From contig CBDCOZ010000003.1 of NCBI GenBank assembly GCA_965220085.1, forward strand, positions 640,001 through 704,000: 64,000 nt of DNA. The letters run 5' to 3'. Made by a program: the position numbers and the translations under genes. The DNA is from Candidatus Oxydemutatoraceae bacterium (GTDB lineage Bacteria; Pseudomonadota; Gammaproteobacteria; Poriferisulfidales; Oxydemutatoraceae). How positions within the stretch are numbered: position 1 is the stretch's first letter; each line of letters opens with the position of its first letter. This document shows positions 62,928-64,000 of this stretch, piece after piece. Below the pieces are notes generated by a model. That model had not been told where the DNA came from and ran no database searches. It saw only the letters and a list, made by a program, of their open reading frames with translations.

Positions 62928-62977
62928 AAGGTCATTTGACTACAGCCTTAAATTAATATTATTATACAAATGGAGAT

Positions 62978-63202
62978 ATGATTATGAAAAAATCTAAAAC
63001 CCTAAAAGTGGGAGAGGTTCCGCAGGTTACTTATGAATCCGTCAAGGGCTTGACCGACGCAGGCTTTGACGAACAGCAAGCACACGCGATTGCCAACGAG
63101 CAATTGATACTGTTGCGCAAATACATGGACACTCTGGTAACGAAAGGCGAATTTGCCGAGTTCAGGTTAGAAACCCAAAAAGAATGGGAATTATGTATTT
63201 AA
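62978..63202 (+). pseudogene. DUF1640/CCDC90-like coiled-coil protein, probably truncated by the IS end
   Basis: L.DAGFDEQQA.AI and LVTK pattern; last codons overlap the putative IS terminus. Confidence 0.5.
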
Positions 63203-63215
63203 CTTGACAGAGGTA

Positions 63216-63374
63216 TTATTTCTCAATAATTGTGGGTTTGCCTTGACGGTCTACCCGCATGACAAACTTACGGTTTAAGTCTGCTTTTGTCGGTATCGGG
63301 CAATCTTTATCCTTCGGCGGTTTCCCTGCTTTAAGTAGTGCCGTAGCCGCTCTGTCTAAGTCTTTCTGTTTCAT
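63216..63374 (-). CDS. 52-aa basic passenger ORF
   Basis: MKQKDLDRAATALLKAGKPPKDKDCPIPTKADLNRKFVMRVDRQGKPTIIEK. Confidence 0.45.
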   Translation of the reverse strand: MKQKDLDRAATALLKAGKPPKDKDCPIPTKADLNRKFVMRVDRQGKPTIIEK

Positions 63375-63525
63375 ATTTGCATATCTGACTGATTAGATGT
63401 GTCATGCTCTACATTGTCTATTTCATACTCAAAGGAAGGATAGCACCACCGATAAATCTATTTCAAAGGAACCCTTTTTGAATTATCTACCTTCACCGAA
63501 ACTGTAGTTATGCTGTGGGTGGTTT

Positions 63526-64000
63526 TCATCCTGTCAATTCCTTATAAGTAATCTGCTTGCCGTGCATACCGGCAAACAAACTGTTTAATCTGTCTTGGGT
63601 ATCTATCTCACAATTGCCATCGTTAAGACGGAAGGAAAACTCATTGACATAAGCCCTGCAATGCTTCTTACTCCAGTTGTGATACACACCGCTAAAACCT
63701 CTCTTGAGTACAGCCCATACGGATTCTATGCCGTTAGTGTGCGCCATACCATTTACATATTCCTTCGCAGAATGATTAACCGCATAGTGGCGATTGGCAA
63801 CACCATTGTATGAGGGGTTTTCATCAGTAAAAAGGGTAGAACCCTTGCGGACATTTTTATGTACGGCGGTCTGTAGTGTTTCCTTTGTAGTGTTCTCTAC
63901 TGGCATGGCCTTTACTCTGCCTTTACGCTCTCGCATACCCAGTATAGCAGTCTTGCCAGCACCACCGCGACCCGCCCGCTTTTTCTTGTTGGGATGGCGG
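63526..64000 (-). CDS. IS1595/ISXO2-like DDE transposase (3' part)
   Basis: GRG..GK..ILG.RER, TDE..SY, VNHS, HTNGIESVW..LKR, Y.NEF.FR.N. Confidence 0.92.
   Translation of the reverse strand, partial: RHPNKKKRAGRGGAGKTAILGMRERKGRVKAMPVENTTKETLQTAVHKNVRKGSTLFTDENPSYNGVANRHYAVNHSAKEYVNGMAHTNGIESVWAVLKRGFSGVYHNWSKKHCRAYVNEFSFRLNDGNCEIDTQDRLNSLFAGMHGKQITYKELTG

Larger units (their letters stand above)
63187..64000 (-). mobile_element. IS1595-family element (partial), low GC
   Basis: Transposase, small passenger ORF and candidate terminus gggaattatgt at 63187; sharp GC drop. Confidence 0.7.

Overview
A GC-rich gammaproteobacterial chromosome segment. The housekeeping backbone comprises secD-yajC-tgt-queA, rsgA, recR-dnaX, trpS-scpAB, ilvB, rsmI-lpoA-yraN-gmhA, dat-dac-rlpA-mltB-rodA-mrdA, ppa, grxD, queG, pgi, ppc, panD, mtdA, tRNA-Leu, rnr, pcnB-folK-dNK-panB-panC, tRNA-Thr and rnpB, with an IS1595-family element at the right edge. 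Five accessory loci interrupt it. They carry nine substantial genes and two relics for predicted secreted proteins with differing bodies (cadherin-like, He_PIG/Ig-like, Cys-rich). All end in the same peptide, LRLRL(L/I)FLEGPLR-stop, while its codons vary synonymously, which points to a C-terminal sorting or docking signal I do not recognise. Six genes have a 12-23 nt poly-C tract between the start codon and the signal peptide: two are in frame and four are frameshifted, a phase-variation signature. The loci share a promoter module, and leaders and bodies appear shuffled. The window also has several tandem duplications, many copying gene 3' ends. All calls come from reading the sequence; no database searches were run.
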